NCBI GenBank assembly: GCA_002269645.1
Contig: NIVC01000245.1
Location: forward strand, 186,001-250,000
DNA length: 64,000 nucleotides
Reading direction: 5' to 3'
DNA from: Macrostomum lignano
Taxonomy: Eukaryota
Below the pieces are notes generated by a model. It did no database searches. It was given only the letters and a program-made list of their open reading frames with translations, and was not told the origin of the DNA. Below are positions 29,301 to 58,959 of this stretch, in pieces. Numbering within the stretch: the first letter of the stretch is position 1; each line of letters opens with the position of its first letter. The translations under genes and the position numbers were made by a program.

Positions 29301-32300
29301 TTGACTTTACCATTACCATAAAGTTGCATAATATTACCATACTATACCATAGGCCTAATAGTATAAAGTGCCAATATTGAATTAACATGGTTTATTTCTG
29401 TATTAAAACTAGTATAAGTAGTATAAGTTTTACTTTTTCAATTCCTGCAAATTGTAGTAAGGCTTTGATAATTGATAAGAAGTTTTTTGTGCTAGAATAA
29501 GAATCTACCTATACTAATTGTAATTTCAGTTCTAAAATTCCATGAAATATAGTTCACAAAAGTTAACAAGAAAAAATGGACTTTTGTAAATAATTTTATT
29601 GCTATTATTTAAATGATAATAGAAATTTAATTGTATATTTGTAAGTTTTTATTATGTGCTATGAAAAAAGTAAAGTTTTGTTGCTTCTTTCCTAGAAATT
29701 TAGAAATACAAAATGCAAGGATTATAGATAGGCCTAGCTAGCTACTTGTGATTCTAGAAGTGAACTTGAAGAGCATCTTAGACAAAATAATTAGTAAAAA
29801 GTACAAAAATTCGAATTTTGTGAAATATAATATAATGTTAAAGTAACCTAGAACTTGGTCTATCATCTATTAGGTGTTTAAAAGAGAAATATTTATACTT
29901 TTCACATTTAAAACATTTATACTTTTTGTTTATTATGCCTACTATTGCTATGTCCTGCTTGCTGTTTACCTATACTGTAAAGATTTTTTTGGTTGTACTA
30001 TTTAGTATTTATTGTATAATTATATTTCATGGTTCTGGTTTCAGTTTTGAAATCACTTTAATGAATAACCTTTAAGTAGGCCTATAACTTTAGAATATGT
30101 TAAGCCTATATTGATTAAATTATAAATTCTAACCTAATAGTTAAGTTAATAAGTATTTTTTGTATACTATCTATTAATTAGTTAATATACTAAGTAATTA
30201 TATTATAAGTTTAGTTTAGATTTTTCTTACTAATTTAGCATGTTCTTTTCTGTATCATCTGCAATATCATGTAAAAGCAAAGCTGTTCTTGTTTTTTGTA
30301 ATAGTTAATATGTAGGACAAATTTTTTATCAAGTTAAAGTACAAGTTTTTTTTACTTTTTAATTTATTTAAACATGTATATAGTTATTATATGCCTAGTT
30401 CTAACATTTGTAATAGAGGTCTAAATCAATTTAATGAATTGCTAAAATGACGAAGTTAATAATGAGTTTTTGATTAGCTATATTTTTATGTCTATATTAA
30501 GTCAAAATTAGGCTAATATAATATGTTTTGCTTATTGGGTTATTTATTATATCCAAATATCCAAAATATTTTATTAATATTCTGATCATTTTTATTGTCT
30601 TATTTATCTAAATCTCCATTTCAGCTTATCAGAGCTTAGCATATCAAGACCTATCAAGACTTGTCTAGACTTAATTAACAAGACCTATCAAGACTCCTTT
30701 TCTTTATTGTATCTCTGCAATTCAAAACAAGACTCAGCACCAGCATACAATGTCCACTAGCAATAACAGCTCAGTTTGGAATTTTTTTAATAAAGTTAAG
30801 CATAATGGAGGTAGCTATGCAAAGTGTCTCAGTACAGGTTGTGAGCAGCTTATTTCGTGCAACACATCCTCTACTAGTGGCCCCAGGTGCCATTTAGAGG
30901 CTTGTCACAAACAGCTGTATCTTGAATTGCAGAGGCTTGATGCTGAAAAGGCCAACTCATCTGCTTCACCTGCATCAGGATCAGGTACCTTTGGCAACCT
31001 AAAAGGGCAACCTACATTAGCACAGTTCATTGCCAGGACCCAAATGTGGAGCTTTGATGACAAAAGGTCCAAGGCCATTGATGATGCAATTGTAAAGATG
31101 ATAATTGTTGATGGTTGTCCTTGGACAATGGTCTCTGACCCAGGCTTTAAAAACCTACTGCAGGTTGCTGCACCACAGTATTGTCTTAAGAGTGAGAAAT
31201 TCTTTCGCGACCAGCTGTAGTTACTCTACTCCCACACTAAGGATAATGTCAAGAATCTGCTGCAGGACATTAAGTTTGTGGCTGTTACTTTGACATCTGG
31301 ACTGAGAAGGGAAGTTCTTTCTTAAGCCTGACAGTGCAAAGGATGGACGACAAATTCAACTTTCTTGAAACTGCGCTGGCTGTAAAGCCAATAGAGGAAG
31401 CGCACACTGCAGTAAATGTTGCAAGCCTACTGCGGGAGCTAATGATTGATTTTAACATCTATCAGAAGACTGTCAGCATTGTGACAGACAATGTAAGCAG
31501 CATGCTCAAAGCTGTCAAACATGTGTCCTAGCAGCTAACAGCTGACAATTCTGGTACCAAAAGATCGATTGAGCATGAACAGATCTTGAGCATTGGTTGT
31601 GCGGCCCACAAAATTAATCTAATTGTACAAGACACACTGAAGCAGCAGTCTGTGGTTATTAGGCTGCTTGGAAAGTGCCGTAGACTTGTGACTTATATCC
31701 ACCACTCAGGCCCCGCTGAAAGACGCTTTAAGAAGCTCTAGGAACAACTGGAACTGCCTACAAACAGGCTGATCAGGCTGACAGGTGGAACTCATCGCTA
31801 GACATGCTGAGATGTTTTGCAGAGCAAAAGGCTGCAATCAGTGCTTTCACGGCTGGACAGTCAAAAGATGAAGAAGTTACAAACCAAGAATTCCTGCTTG
31901 TTGAAAAGCTGATCTCCCTACTAAGCATATTTGAGGAGGCAACTCTTCAACTAAGCAAAAAAACAACCAGCATCTCTTATCTCATTCCGATGCAAGCCAG
32001 ACTTCTGAGATTTCTTGAGAAGCAGCAAGCCCAAGTCAGCGGACTAGGGATGATTATTGACTCTACTCCAGTTGGTGCACGAGCGTTTCGACTTTCTTGT
32101 TGAACATGAGTCCTGCATCTTGGCAACCATTTTTGACCCCCGCTACAAGTTAGCGTTTTTTCCGATTAGCAGAGGGGCTATCTACAGTCAATGGTTGCTT
32201 CTAAAGTCTTGAAGCACCAGTATTCAAGCTTAAATGTAGCAGTCATGCCAACATCAATTGTTGAGGATGAAAATAGTGGCGACACAGTGGAAATGACAGA

Positions 32301-35300
32301 GCCTCCACCTTCAAAGTGCAGCCTCATGTGCGAACTGTTTTCAGAATTCACCAATGTGAATTCAACTGCAAGTGTGATGCAAGCTGCACAAACCAGTTTG
32401 AAGTTGTATTTGGAGTCATCAGTGGAGCCAGAAGCTACTTGTCCGCTAATGTACTGGGCCCAATGCAGTACAACTCTTAAAGACATCGTCACTCTACTCA
32501 TCAAAAGGTTGCATTGCATCCCAGCAGCCAGTGTGTCAAGCGAACACATTTTCAGCATTGCTGGCAACATATTTAGCAACAGAAAAGCCTCCCTTTCTCC
32601 GGAATCCATTGAAAGCATTGTTTTTTGCAAAATAAACATTCCTCTACTAGAGGAGAAGAGCCAAGCTAGTAATTGAACAAGACTAAAATCCAACTTGATA
32701 ATTTCCAAACTTCTGTAGTTACTAGTAGTGAATAATGTGTCTTTTATGACAATTTTCCTAGGCTATCATACCGTAAAACATCAATTTCATTATAAAACAA
32801 AAATGCCAACTATTTTTGTAGCTTTTTGTCCTTTTATTTAAATCTTTACTTTATTGGTACATTTACTTGTATTGCATATGCATACTAATTCATTACAAAT
32901 GTTTGTGCTTTATTTTTCTTATTATGTAGTTGCCTTCAATAAGATCAGACTTACTAAGTAGGAAATAGCATAAGTAGACTAGAAGTTAAAATTGAAACAG
33001 GAGCTATAGAAACATTAAACATTTTTACGACCATCAATGTGATACATGTACAATTTTTGCTTCCAGTTTACTAATACTATTTCACCAATTTAAGAATTAG
33101 TAATGAGTTTTACTAATCTTTTCTGTTCAAGCAAGCACACTCTACTACATGTATCTACTAAGCCAAGAATTATGGTTATACACACATCATGAAATAAGTG
33201 TTTTTGTTGATTTGGCAAATAAAGTAACCTACTTTTGGTTGTGCCCTTTCACCTAGCAATAGCTAGGCATAGCTCTTGGCCTTGATTTTGTTCTGCAAAA
33301 GTATGCTATTTGATTGGACTATTGTTAGTTCGTCCATCGTCTGATAGTTATGTGGGTTCTTTGTGCACAATGTGTAGAAAAGAATTCATATGATTATATC
33401 ATAATTATTATCATCTGCTTATATCAATAATACATGTAAATGTGTTACTGATTTTTTACTTGCACTTACACATGTATTAACTAAAATCTAGAGTGTTATG
33501 GATATTCAAGCATACAAACCTTAGAGATTTAGTATATTTGGATTAGAGATTTAGTATATTTGGATTTGGAGCTAGAAGCAAAATGACTACATGTACAAAT
33601 GGTTAGAAATGTATCATTTAATCTACCAAGAAAGAAGTAACTAAATGTGGTAAAAATTTTGGATTGTTAGTGTTACATATAGTTGCCATATTCATCTAGA
33701 CATCATTCATATCATACATTGTAAGGTATATTGATCCAATAAACAGCTAAAGCATTAAAGGTTCAGGAAAACACATTATATTTTACTTCACTCATTATTC
33801 AAATTGCTTGTTAAAAATTTACAACCATTAAGTGAATCATTCAATGATTATATACAAAGTTGAATATAAACATACTTGCATACAAACTAAGACTTACCAA
33901 AAATTGTTGATCTTGTTATTTATATAGTCATTGATTCTTACAATGCATATTATTGTAATTAACGATCTTCTAAAAAAATACAATCTTATGCATATCGGAA
34001 TTAACAATTTTTTTGAATATGTAGTAACTAAAATTGATGGACTAAACAAGTCTGCTATTATAGTAGGCGGGATTCTTCCTTTTTAATAATATCCCACCGC
34101 TGCCATCAAGTTGTTACAGGCCTTTTGGCTCTCTATAAGAATTTCACCGTTATGCCACCAAGGTTGTACTAGGGGTGATTCTTTCTTCTTAATAATAATT
34201 TCACACTGTCACCAAAAGCTATCACAGGGCTAATTTACTAATCTCTTAAGTGTTCTTCTTAGGTTGGTAGCTGCCACCAGGATTATCCTATTAATAAATT
34301 GTGAGTTTATCAATCTTAGAATAATCCGAGAAATGTTTCTTAGAATTGATCTGAGTATATATCTTAGTATTTAGTCTAAGTATTTAGTCTGAGTATTTAG
34401 TCTAAGTATTATTCTTAGAAAAACTGTTAGCCCTGAAAGATTTTACTCTTCTAATTATTCTGGTAGCGTTCTATTATTCTGGTAGCGTTCTATTAATAAT
34501 GGCCTGAGCGGTATTTTGGCTTACTGGTATATGTATTTCATGTACTTTTCAAGTCCTTGGGCGTTACCGAGATCAGAGGGTCACCGCCTCCGTTATTTTT
34601 ACACGTATTACTTTAGATCTACTTCGCAACTTCTTACTACTCAACACTTTCCTTCTCAGTAGTATATACGGTCCACACTTCCGTCTACTTCACTCTTACT
34701 TCTTAAAAGGAATTAACACAGAAAACACTTCTTCAATTCTTATTTTCTCGGAACTCTTACTATTCATTATAACTATATTACTAGTGAACCGCGATGCACG
34801 AGGTTGCTTCTCCCTCCGCCAAATTTGCTTGTATTTATAGTAAAATTCTAGTAGATTTTAAACAAAAATTAATTTGCATAAAATATTATACAAAACATAA
34901 GTATTAAAACAAAAATGCGTCGTAGTTTTTGGCGTGAATTTAAAGTGTAATAAATGATAGCTATTTTTTTAGAAAGAAATTGGGAGGGGCCCTGTACACT
35001 ATTATTTACTTTGTTATATTTGTATTTGGTAAAAATATATGCTTCTCTACAAGAAAAAACTTGAAATGTAATCCCGATGATCTCGACATGTATTATCATC
35101 GGGATTGGGATCCCGACAACCCCTTGGGATCCTGTGTTTCCGGGATTGGGATTGTGATCCCATCCGACCCCTAACTAACTGTTGCTCTAACAGTTTAGCG
35201 GCTTGAGAATTTTTTATTAGGATTGATAATAAAAACAAATTATTAGCAATAGCATTATTAGCTTAGTCAATTAAAATGTATGAGTTAAAAATGTGCAAAA

Positions 35301-36041
35301 ATACATGAATTTGTGTGAAATGGCAGTTTATATTAAATGTATTAATTAATTAGCACATTTAAAAGTTAGTGGCGCTAATTGCACTAAATTCAAAGTAGAA
35401 ATAGTGCCCACTATTAGCGATTGCTAATTTTTTTCTTGTATCAGTTAGCGACAGCACTAATTAGCTGCACTAAAAATAAATTTAGCGGTGCCCATCACTG
35501 TCTAAGTTCTAACACTTATAACACTTAAAATGCCACAAAAGTGCCCAAACTTTTAATTCAACCCTTGTGTTTACACATTTGGAATAGAAAATTATCTTAG
35601 CTTTGATATTCTTGAATTGAATTTTATTTCATACAATAATTTATGTTTTTCAAGAAAAAATTTTTTTTGTCTGACTTAATACAATAATAGTCTATCTACT
35701 GAACTAAATGTAAATGGAATAAGCCAAAATGATAGTGAAATAATATAAAATAGAAATGTAGGCCCTATCTGATCAACAGAAGTGTTATAAAATATTAATA
35801 ATATTAATAGTGGAACTTAATAGCCATCGATATAGGACCTAGATCGATAGAGTCTATAAATATGGACCCAGTCACTATTAGAGACACGGCCGCTGTGTAT
35901 ACTATAAGTTTCTGCATTATAGACACGGCCGCCGTGTCTCTAAGTGTGGCGTATCTAGTATCACTATTTAAAAAAATTAAAAATACTACTGTTGCATTAA
36001 CATACCTGAGATGATTCAGTTAAAGCTATAAATGAATTCAT
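20392..36041 (-). CDS. EIF3M: Eukaryotic translation initiation factor 3 subunit M (PCI domain), 426 aa, 4 exons
   Basis: Exons (minus): 36041-36006 (MNSFIALTESSQ|gtatgt), 23412-22861, 21918-21462, 20627-20392; GT-AG, phases compatible (1281 nt). Motifs DHLLSLKPIQFLEGELIHELL and THRTFGRAQW match eIF3m. Exon 1 is assigned by similarity to the (A)FIDISEEDQ N-terminus and is less certain than the other exons. Confidence 0.9.
20845..21325. repeat. 26-bp minisatellite (GAATCACCATATTGAAATATTTCCAA) in eIF3m intron 3
   Basis: Unit starts at 20901 and 20927; about 18 near-identical copies. Confidence 0.96.
21921..22826. repeat. About 28-bp hairpin-containing minisatellite (CCGCTTATCTCAGGGGTGAGATTTAGG) in eIF3m intron 2
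   Basis: About 30 variable units; each contains ATCTCA-NNNN-TGAGAT. Confidence 0.93.
27180..27900 (+). repeat. AT-rich dispersed repeat; second copy inverted at about 51870-52590
   Basis: Colinear matches, e.g. AAAGTGCAAAGTTTGC...AAGTAAATATACCGCTAATTCCTTGTTGCA and TCCAAATCAAATGCTTCCT...GCAACAAAGAACAATGAAATTACAC, in both places. Ends not defined. Confidence 0.7.
28781..35173 (+). mobile_element. Inner 6.4-kb hAT transposon carrying a decayed transposase
   Basis: TIRs TAGGGGTAAGATGGGA / TCCCATCCGACCCCTA. Perfect 8-bp TSD ACTAACTG at 28773-28780 and 35174-35181. Subterminal CGGGAT/ATCCCG repeats at both ends. Confidence 0.9.
30750..32676 (+). pseudogene. hAT transposase pseudogene (BED finger, DDE core, C-terminal dimerisation domain)
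   Basis: SVWNFF...AKCLSTGC...HLEACH (BED); DIW, VTDN, CAAHKINL, RWNS, DPRYK, PAASVSSEHIFSIAGNIFSNRKASLSPE. Several TAG stops and frameshifts. Confidence 0.92.
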
Positions 36042-37432
36042 GAGGATTTTTACTTAGAGCTTTACTATAAATTTTAAATCAATCTTTGCTTATTGCGTAG
36101 AGTAATCGCAACATGCGGTATGACTTCGTGTAATAGGTAGGTAGGTGGGTGTGTGAAAGCCCGCTGTGTTTTCTAAGAAACAGATTTCTAAATAAGATCA
36201 AACAAAGGAAGATCAAATTTTTTTGTTTATTTTTAGTAATTTGTTTTTGTTTCGAATGACTTGAAATTTTTTTTCAATATTTTTACAGCATTTATGCTAT
36301 AACTTGTTTAATGAGAAATACATTTCTCATTAATGAGTCTGGGCCGTACATCTATTTAAACGTGCAACTAAACTTTCTAAGCGAACGATATAAGGAAGGT
36401 CTGACATCTATGTAGAAAAGCAATTTGATTTAAAGATATAAAATCTTCAAAATATAAGATTAAAAAATTGCTTGCACGCCTTGGATCATCGGCTTATGAA
36501 TTCTATTTTATGATCCCTGACTGTATGAGCATGAGTGTATGTATAAACAATATGAGCACAGAGATGGCAAAATCTTCTTATATCTAAAGCTGAGTGGATC
36601 GATCGACCGGCCGGGTTTAACGCGTATCTCCTCCTAAACGGCTGGCAACTCAAATGCAGGACTTATATATATCAATGCAGAATTTTCCTACGCAACAAAT
36701 AGGCTATTTTAATGTTGAAATTTTAAAATTAATTCTGCTAAAAAAGCAGAAAACTGTTTTCTTAACCTTCTTTGGCCACTTTGCCTCTCCAGTGGCATTA
36801 TTGTAAAAACAACCACCCCAACCTCCCCCCACAGGTCGCTGTGTATTGGAGGGGTGGGTGATGCGTGTTCTGGGTTCAATGCTAATAAAACCCCCGCGTG
36901 TTGGGGGGTTCAGTTAAATTTAATGCTTCCCTCCAGAACGGAGGGTTGGTTTGGGCTGAGTGTACATAGCAATGTACATTGTAAACAGATAGTTAGGACT
37001 GTGTCGAGATTCAATTGGTTTTATTATCGGCGCCTTTCAAAAGGCAGCCCTGTCTGTATATTAGCTGGGCAGTGAAATTCAATGAATAAACAGCAGGCAG
37101 GTGAATGTACACTCGATACTTAATGCTTTGAACCGGGAAGTTCAGACGTTAACTGTTCCTCGAGTTTTAAACTTTGAGAGGAGAGACTTATATTGCTGGA
37201 AGGATCTTGCAACGCTGAATTCGCGGATATAAGTTATTTGCTTTAAATATGAAAACAAAAAGCACAGCATTGAAAAAACGATTCCATACTTTTAAAATTT
37301 CTGCCAAGATTGTAGTTGGGGGGGTTGCGTACACAAATTCAGGCCAGCTATCATTTGAGTAAATTCAGTAATGGAGGAGGCGGGTAACAAATTTCAATTG
37401 GTTTGATTATCGGCGCTTTCAGTCCGTTAGAT

Positions 37433-38630
37433 AAGAGAGTAAAGAGAAGAGAGATTTCAAGGAGAAGAGAAGATAGAAAGATGATAGAAAAGACAGTAGA
37501 TATGAGAGATAAGAGATTAAAGACGACAGAGCCAGAGGGGAGAGAAGAGGGGAGTGAGGCGGGAATGATGAAGAGGGAGAGCGAAGAGAAGAGAAAGTAG
37601 AGGGAAGAAAGGAGGGAAGAGAGGAAAATGAGAGAGCAAAGGAGGGAGGAAAGATGGGAGGAGAGAGGAGGGATAAGATAGTACAGAGGAGAGAGAAGAG
37701 AGAGGAGAGATGAGACAGGAGACGGTAGAGAGAAGAGGGGAAAGATGAGAGATGAAAAGGGAGAGGGTAAGAGAGAAAATAGGAGTATGAGAAATGAGAG
37801 CAGAGAGGAGAGACGAGAGAGAAAAGAGAGGAGAGAGAGAGGACAGGGTAGAGGAGAGGCGATAGATAAGCGAGTAGAGATGAGAGATGAGAGAGAAGAG
37901 GAGAGATAGAGAGAATTGAGAGAAGACAGGATAGAAGAGATAGAGAGAAGAGGGGAGAGAGAGAAGCGAGAAGAGAAGGGAGAGAAGAGAGAGATGAAAA
38001 AACAAATGAGAAAGCAAAGGGGAAAGATGAGAGAATAGAGATGAGAAAATAAAGATGAGAGCGTAGAGGGGAGAGATGAGAGATGGGAGGTGATTGATAA
38101 GAAAGTAAGAGTAGAGATGAGAGAGGAGATGAGAGCAGAGAGAAGAGATTAGATAAAGGAGCAAAGAGGAGAGAGGAGACAGGAGAGTCTCAGACTGGAC
38201 GATGGCAGTCAATTTTTGCAAACAGGGAAAACATGCTATGATATTTCAGAGGTTTTATGGAGGATTTTTTAAATTTTAAATTTAAGATAAGCGAGGAGAT
38301 GAGAGCAGAGAGGAGATAGGAGAAATTAGAGATGAGAGAGCAGAGAGGAGATAGGAGAGATGAGAGATGAGAGAGCAAAGAGGAGAGAGGAGACAGACGA
38401 GAGTCTCAGTCTGGACGATGGCAGGCAGTCAATTTTTGCACACAGGTAAAACAACATGGTTTTTGGGAGGTTAATATAGGATTTGGAGAGGATTTGGACG
38501 GTGGGATTCGTGTCATTGGATTCAGCTGATGGTTTCGGGGAATGAAATTCTGGCGATGGGAGTTCTATCCCCTCACTCCGCCAACGGAGGAGTTGGCCTC
38601 GTAGATTCATAAACCGCCTGCGCCTATGCA
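37433..38630. repeat. GA-rich low-complexity tract with two copies of a short conserved motif
   Basis: Purine-rich (AG/GGA) sequence. GTCTCAG(A/T)CTGGACGATGGCAG...TCAATTTTTGCA appears at about 38187 and 38403. Confidence 0.75.
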
Positions 38631-40614
38631 TTTTTATGCTTTTTAACTAGGTACAGCAATGTACGTGGAATAAAACATTAACATAGAATCCTTATCTTCT
38701 GAACTAAAGCTACATGCATATATCAATTGAGCTATAAGTGTTAAATTTATTATCAAATATTAGCTTTGGGTCTTATCGGTGGCATGGCAATAACAATTTT
38801 TGTGCTGAAAAATGAAAACTTCCTATCTACGTACGTAGTGTATTTTTTCGTAAAAACCTGTCTTCTAAAATTTTCCACAAAACTTAGAAACGTCCTTTAA
38901 CTTAATAGTCTTTGGAAAGAATGTGCAGACAAAGGACAAATTAATTATATATCCGTTTATTATAGAACGGGAGTCAAAATGGTAAAACTTGAGAATATAA
39001 AACAAAATTAACCGGCTTAAACAAGTAGCCTATGTTATTTGTTTCCCTATGCAGTGAGCTGTAGACAGAGAAGACGAATGTTGCTTCAAAAAGAAAGTAT
39101 AAATTTTTATGAAAGTCATATCTTAATCAACTGTTTTTTTACACGGGGCACGTTAGGACGAGAAAAAGTTTACGAATTAAGTTCTCTTCTAGAATAGTAG
39201 CAGTATATTTAAACAAAATTAAATTGTATTTGAAAATACGGTACCAACTCTACAATAGTTAAGGCGCAAGCCCAAGAGTTGGCCTAGCTATAAACAGCAA
39301 AAACAGTTAACAAACAAGAAAGCGATGTAGTCCCAAAAATATGTATATAAATTTATAGTGGCAATGATAGAAATTCACATAATTAACTGAGCACAGAGGC
39401 GTGCAAATAAACAGAAACGAACTGTCTATCTTCGTGCATACAAAAACTGATAACAAGAATAGCAATTGCAGGACAGGTCGCATAACGTCGATACAGAGAG
39501 ATAATCTGACTAAAAAATAAGCTATATTGCCTAAATAGTTGAGTCGTTTAGTATCAACTATACGACAGCATGTAGAAGGATACAAGCGGTGGTTTTATCA
39601 TGCAATTCTACTACGGAATAGTACGAGCTAATAGCTACAGAACTACTAAATCTAATTTTATCTACCACATGCCAATGAATTTCGATATTATTACCACAGA
39701 ATATACACAGAATGGCGAATCCCGCATTTTGAGAAAATTTCTTGTACAAGAATGATATTCTATACTGGCTACTCTTGTTGTGAAGAGAAACTAAGTAGGC
39801 TGAATGGCACTTTAATAATCCTTTGCCATTTATTGCGGGTTTGTCCACAGAATATAGCAAGGCTTGATAGAACCAACCCACCCCCTTCTAAACTGTGCTA
39901 TTTTTAGAACCTACCTTTAGGCTGGCCCTGCCTTCTGCTGCCTCTGCGCTCTAAGTTAGTGCCATAGACAGCAGCTACTTATAACCTTCACAACATAAGT
40001 AGTGCGAGCGCATTTTATTTCGCTTTCATAGAGAACTGCCGATTCCCCATTCTGTGTATATTCTGTGATTATTACTACGTTTTCCAGCCCGAAAAAGCCG
40101 CCTTAAACCAACTAAACTAACCAAATAGTTATGCGTCATTGAAACAAATTCTTCATTAGCTAAATTGTGTGAAAAAAATGGGGTACAAAAATGGGGGAAA
40201 ATACAAAGAACTAATTATAACAAAATATGCAGAAACAAAATAGCAAAGAGCACTGTAAAAAAACAAATGAATAGATATCTTAGGCACTAAACTGTAAGAA
40301 AGTGCACAAGAAAAAAACATTATTTAGAAATTGGTTAGTAACTGTGCTTAATTATCTATATATTGTTTTAGATTAAAATATTTTTTCTAGAATTTATTTC
40401 TACGAGCGTATTCCTAGTGCTAGCTTTAATATAGTAGTATATAGAGTAAAAACATTACGAAATTAACAAAATTAGAAAAACATGAGAAAGAATGTACCAA
40501 CTGCTGACTAATGAATATTGGCAAACCCTGCATAATTAGGTACTAATGTCTTAACAGAGGACGAGGATACACAATGGGCAAGTGGGGGTTCATAGTGATT
40601 GATAAATGGTCATA

Positions 40615-40639
40615 CGGAAAGACAGACAGACAGACAGAC

Positions 40640-40674
<35 letters not shown>

Positions 40675-40689
40675 CTGAGACAGACAGCC

Positions 40690-40740
<51 letters not shown>

Positions 40741-40741
40741 A

Positions 40742-40790
<49 letters not shown>

Positions 40791-40885
40791 CTGAGAAAGA
40801 CAGACAGAAAGAAAGAATGACAGACAGACAGAAAGACAGACAGACAGACAGGCAGGCAGACAGACACTGAGACAGACAGACACAG
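40615..40885. repeat. (GACA)n microsatellite
   Basis: Direct inspection; lies just 3' of the MAPKAPK2 stop. Confidence 0.97.
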
Positions 40886-41038
40886 AAAATTTAAACTCAG
40901 GAATGGCAAACAAAAGAAAATAGATTTCAGTCTATTTCGCAAAAGTCATGATTAATGATATCAGCGAAAACCTGAAGCCTAAAACTAAACACGAATATTT
41001 GAGAATCAGGGAGCCAATCAACTGTAGCGGCCAGCAGA

Positions 41039-58132
<17,094 letters not shown>

Positions 58133-58959
58133 TTTACTGAGCTAAATGGATTTAGGAAAGGAAAGACTTAATTAAATTAATGTTTTAAACTAAACCAGTC
58201 TGTCAGTTAATTGGTAGGGCCTAGGCCTAATAGGCTTTCTATAGATTCTGTTTCCGATAGGACAGTATAAGCAACAAATCAAAACCTCTGCGGCAACCTC
58301 GGCCTCAAGAAAAAACTAACTAGGACTATAGTAGAGTGAAGTTCTATCTATTCCTATTGTAACCAAATTCTCCTACCACAGAAAAACTTAAAGTAAAGTG
58401 CTTCTTAAATGTGCTAAATACGATATTTATATGGTGGATGAATCCAAGATAATTATATTATATGATTGATTGATTGCCTGATTGCAGTCGATAACGTAAT
58501 AAATTTAATTAAATTTTCTATTAGGTAACTAAATTTTAGTTCAATTGTCCAATGAAACTGATATTTCATTGATTTGCAACCCAAACTAAGAAAACTGCCA
58601 CTAAGGCCGACCTACTTAAACAAAAATTTCTTTACTTTTAGCGCTACGGTTATGTTTTGCAAGAAGTTTCTGAGGAAAGTTATTTTTTAATACAAAATTC
58701 GCATTATTTCAGGACTTTTTAAATCTAACTTTTACAATTAACAAGTGAAAACTTTTTAACGCATTGTCATCTCGTCTATCTCTGTTGTATTAACCTATTG
58801 CACGGAAGCACGACTATTTCCCCCAGATGAATTGCCCATCCGGGATTTTCCCTCAGGAGATTTGCCCACCGATGTTCCCCCCCCCCCCCGAAATTTGGCT
58901 GCTGAGAGATTTTCCCGCAATAATGCTTATTTTTTCGTCAAAGAAGGCGACGGAACGCA

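Larger units (their letters stand above)
28143..35500. mobile_element. Outer non-autonomous hAT element (about 1 kb without its insert)
   Basis: TIRs CAATGATGGGCAC / GTGCCCATCACTG. Perfect 8-bp TSD TCTAAGTT at 28135-28142 and 35501-35508. Subterminal GCTAAT/TTAGCG repeats. Confidence 0.88.

Noticed and set aside
37403-38631. Leu/Ser-rich or Arg/Glu-rich ORFs here and at 55084-56665
   Set aside because: Translations of GA/TC low-complexity DNA.
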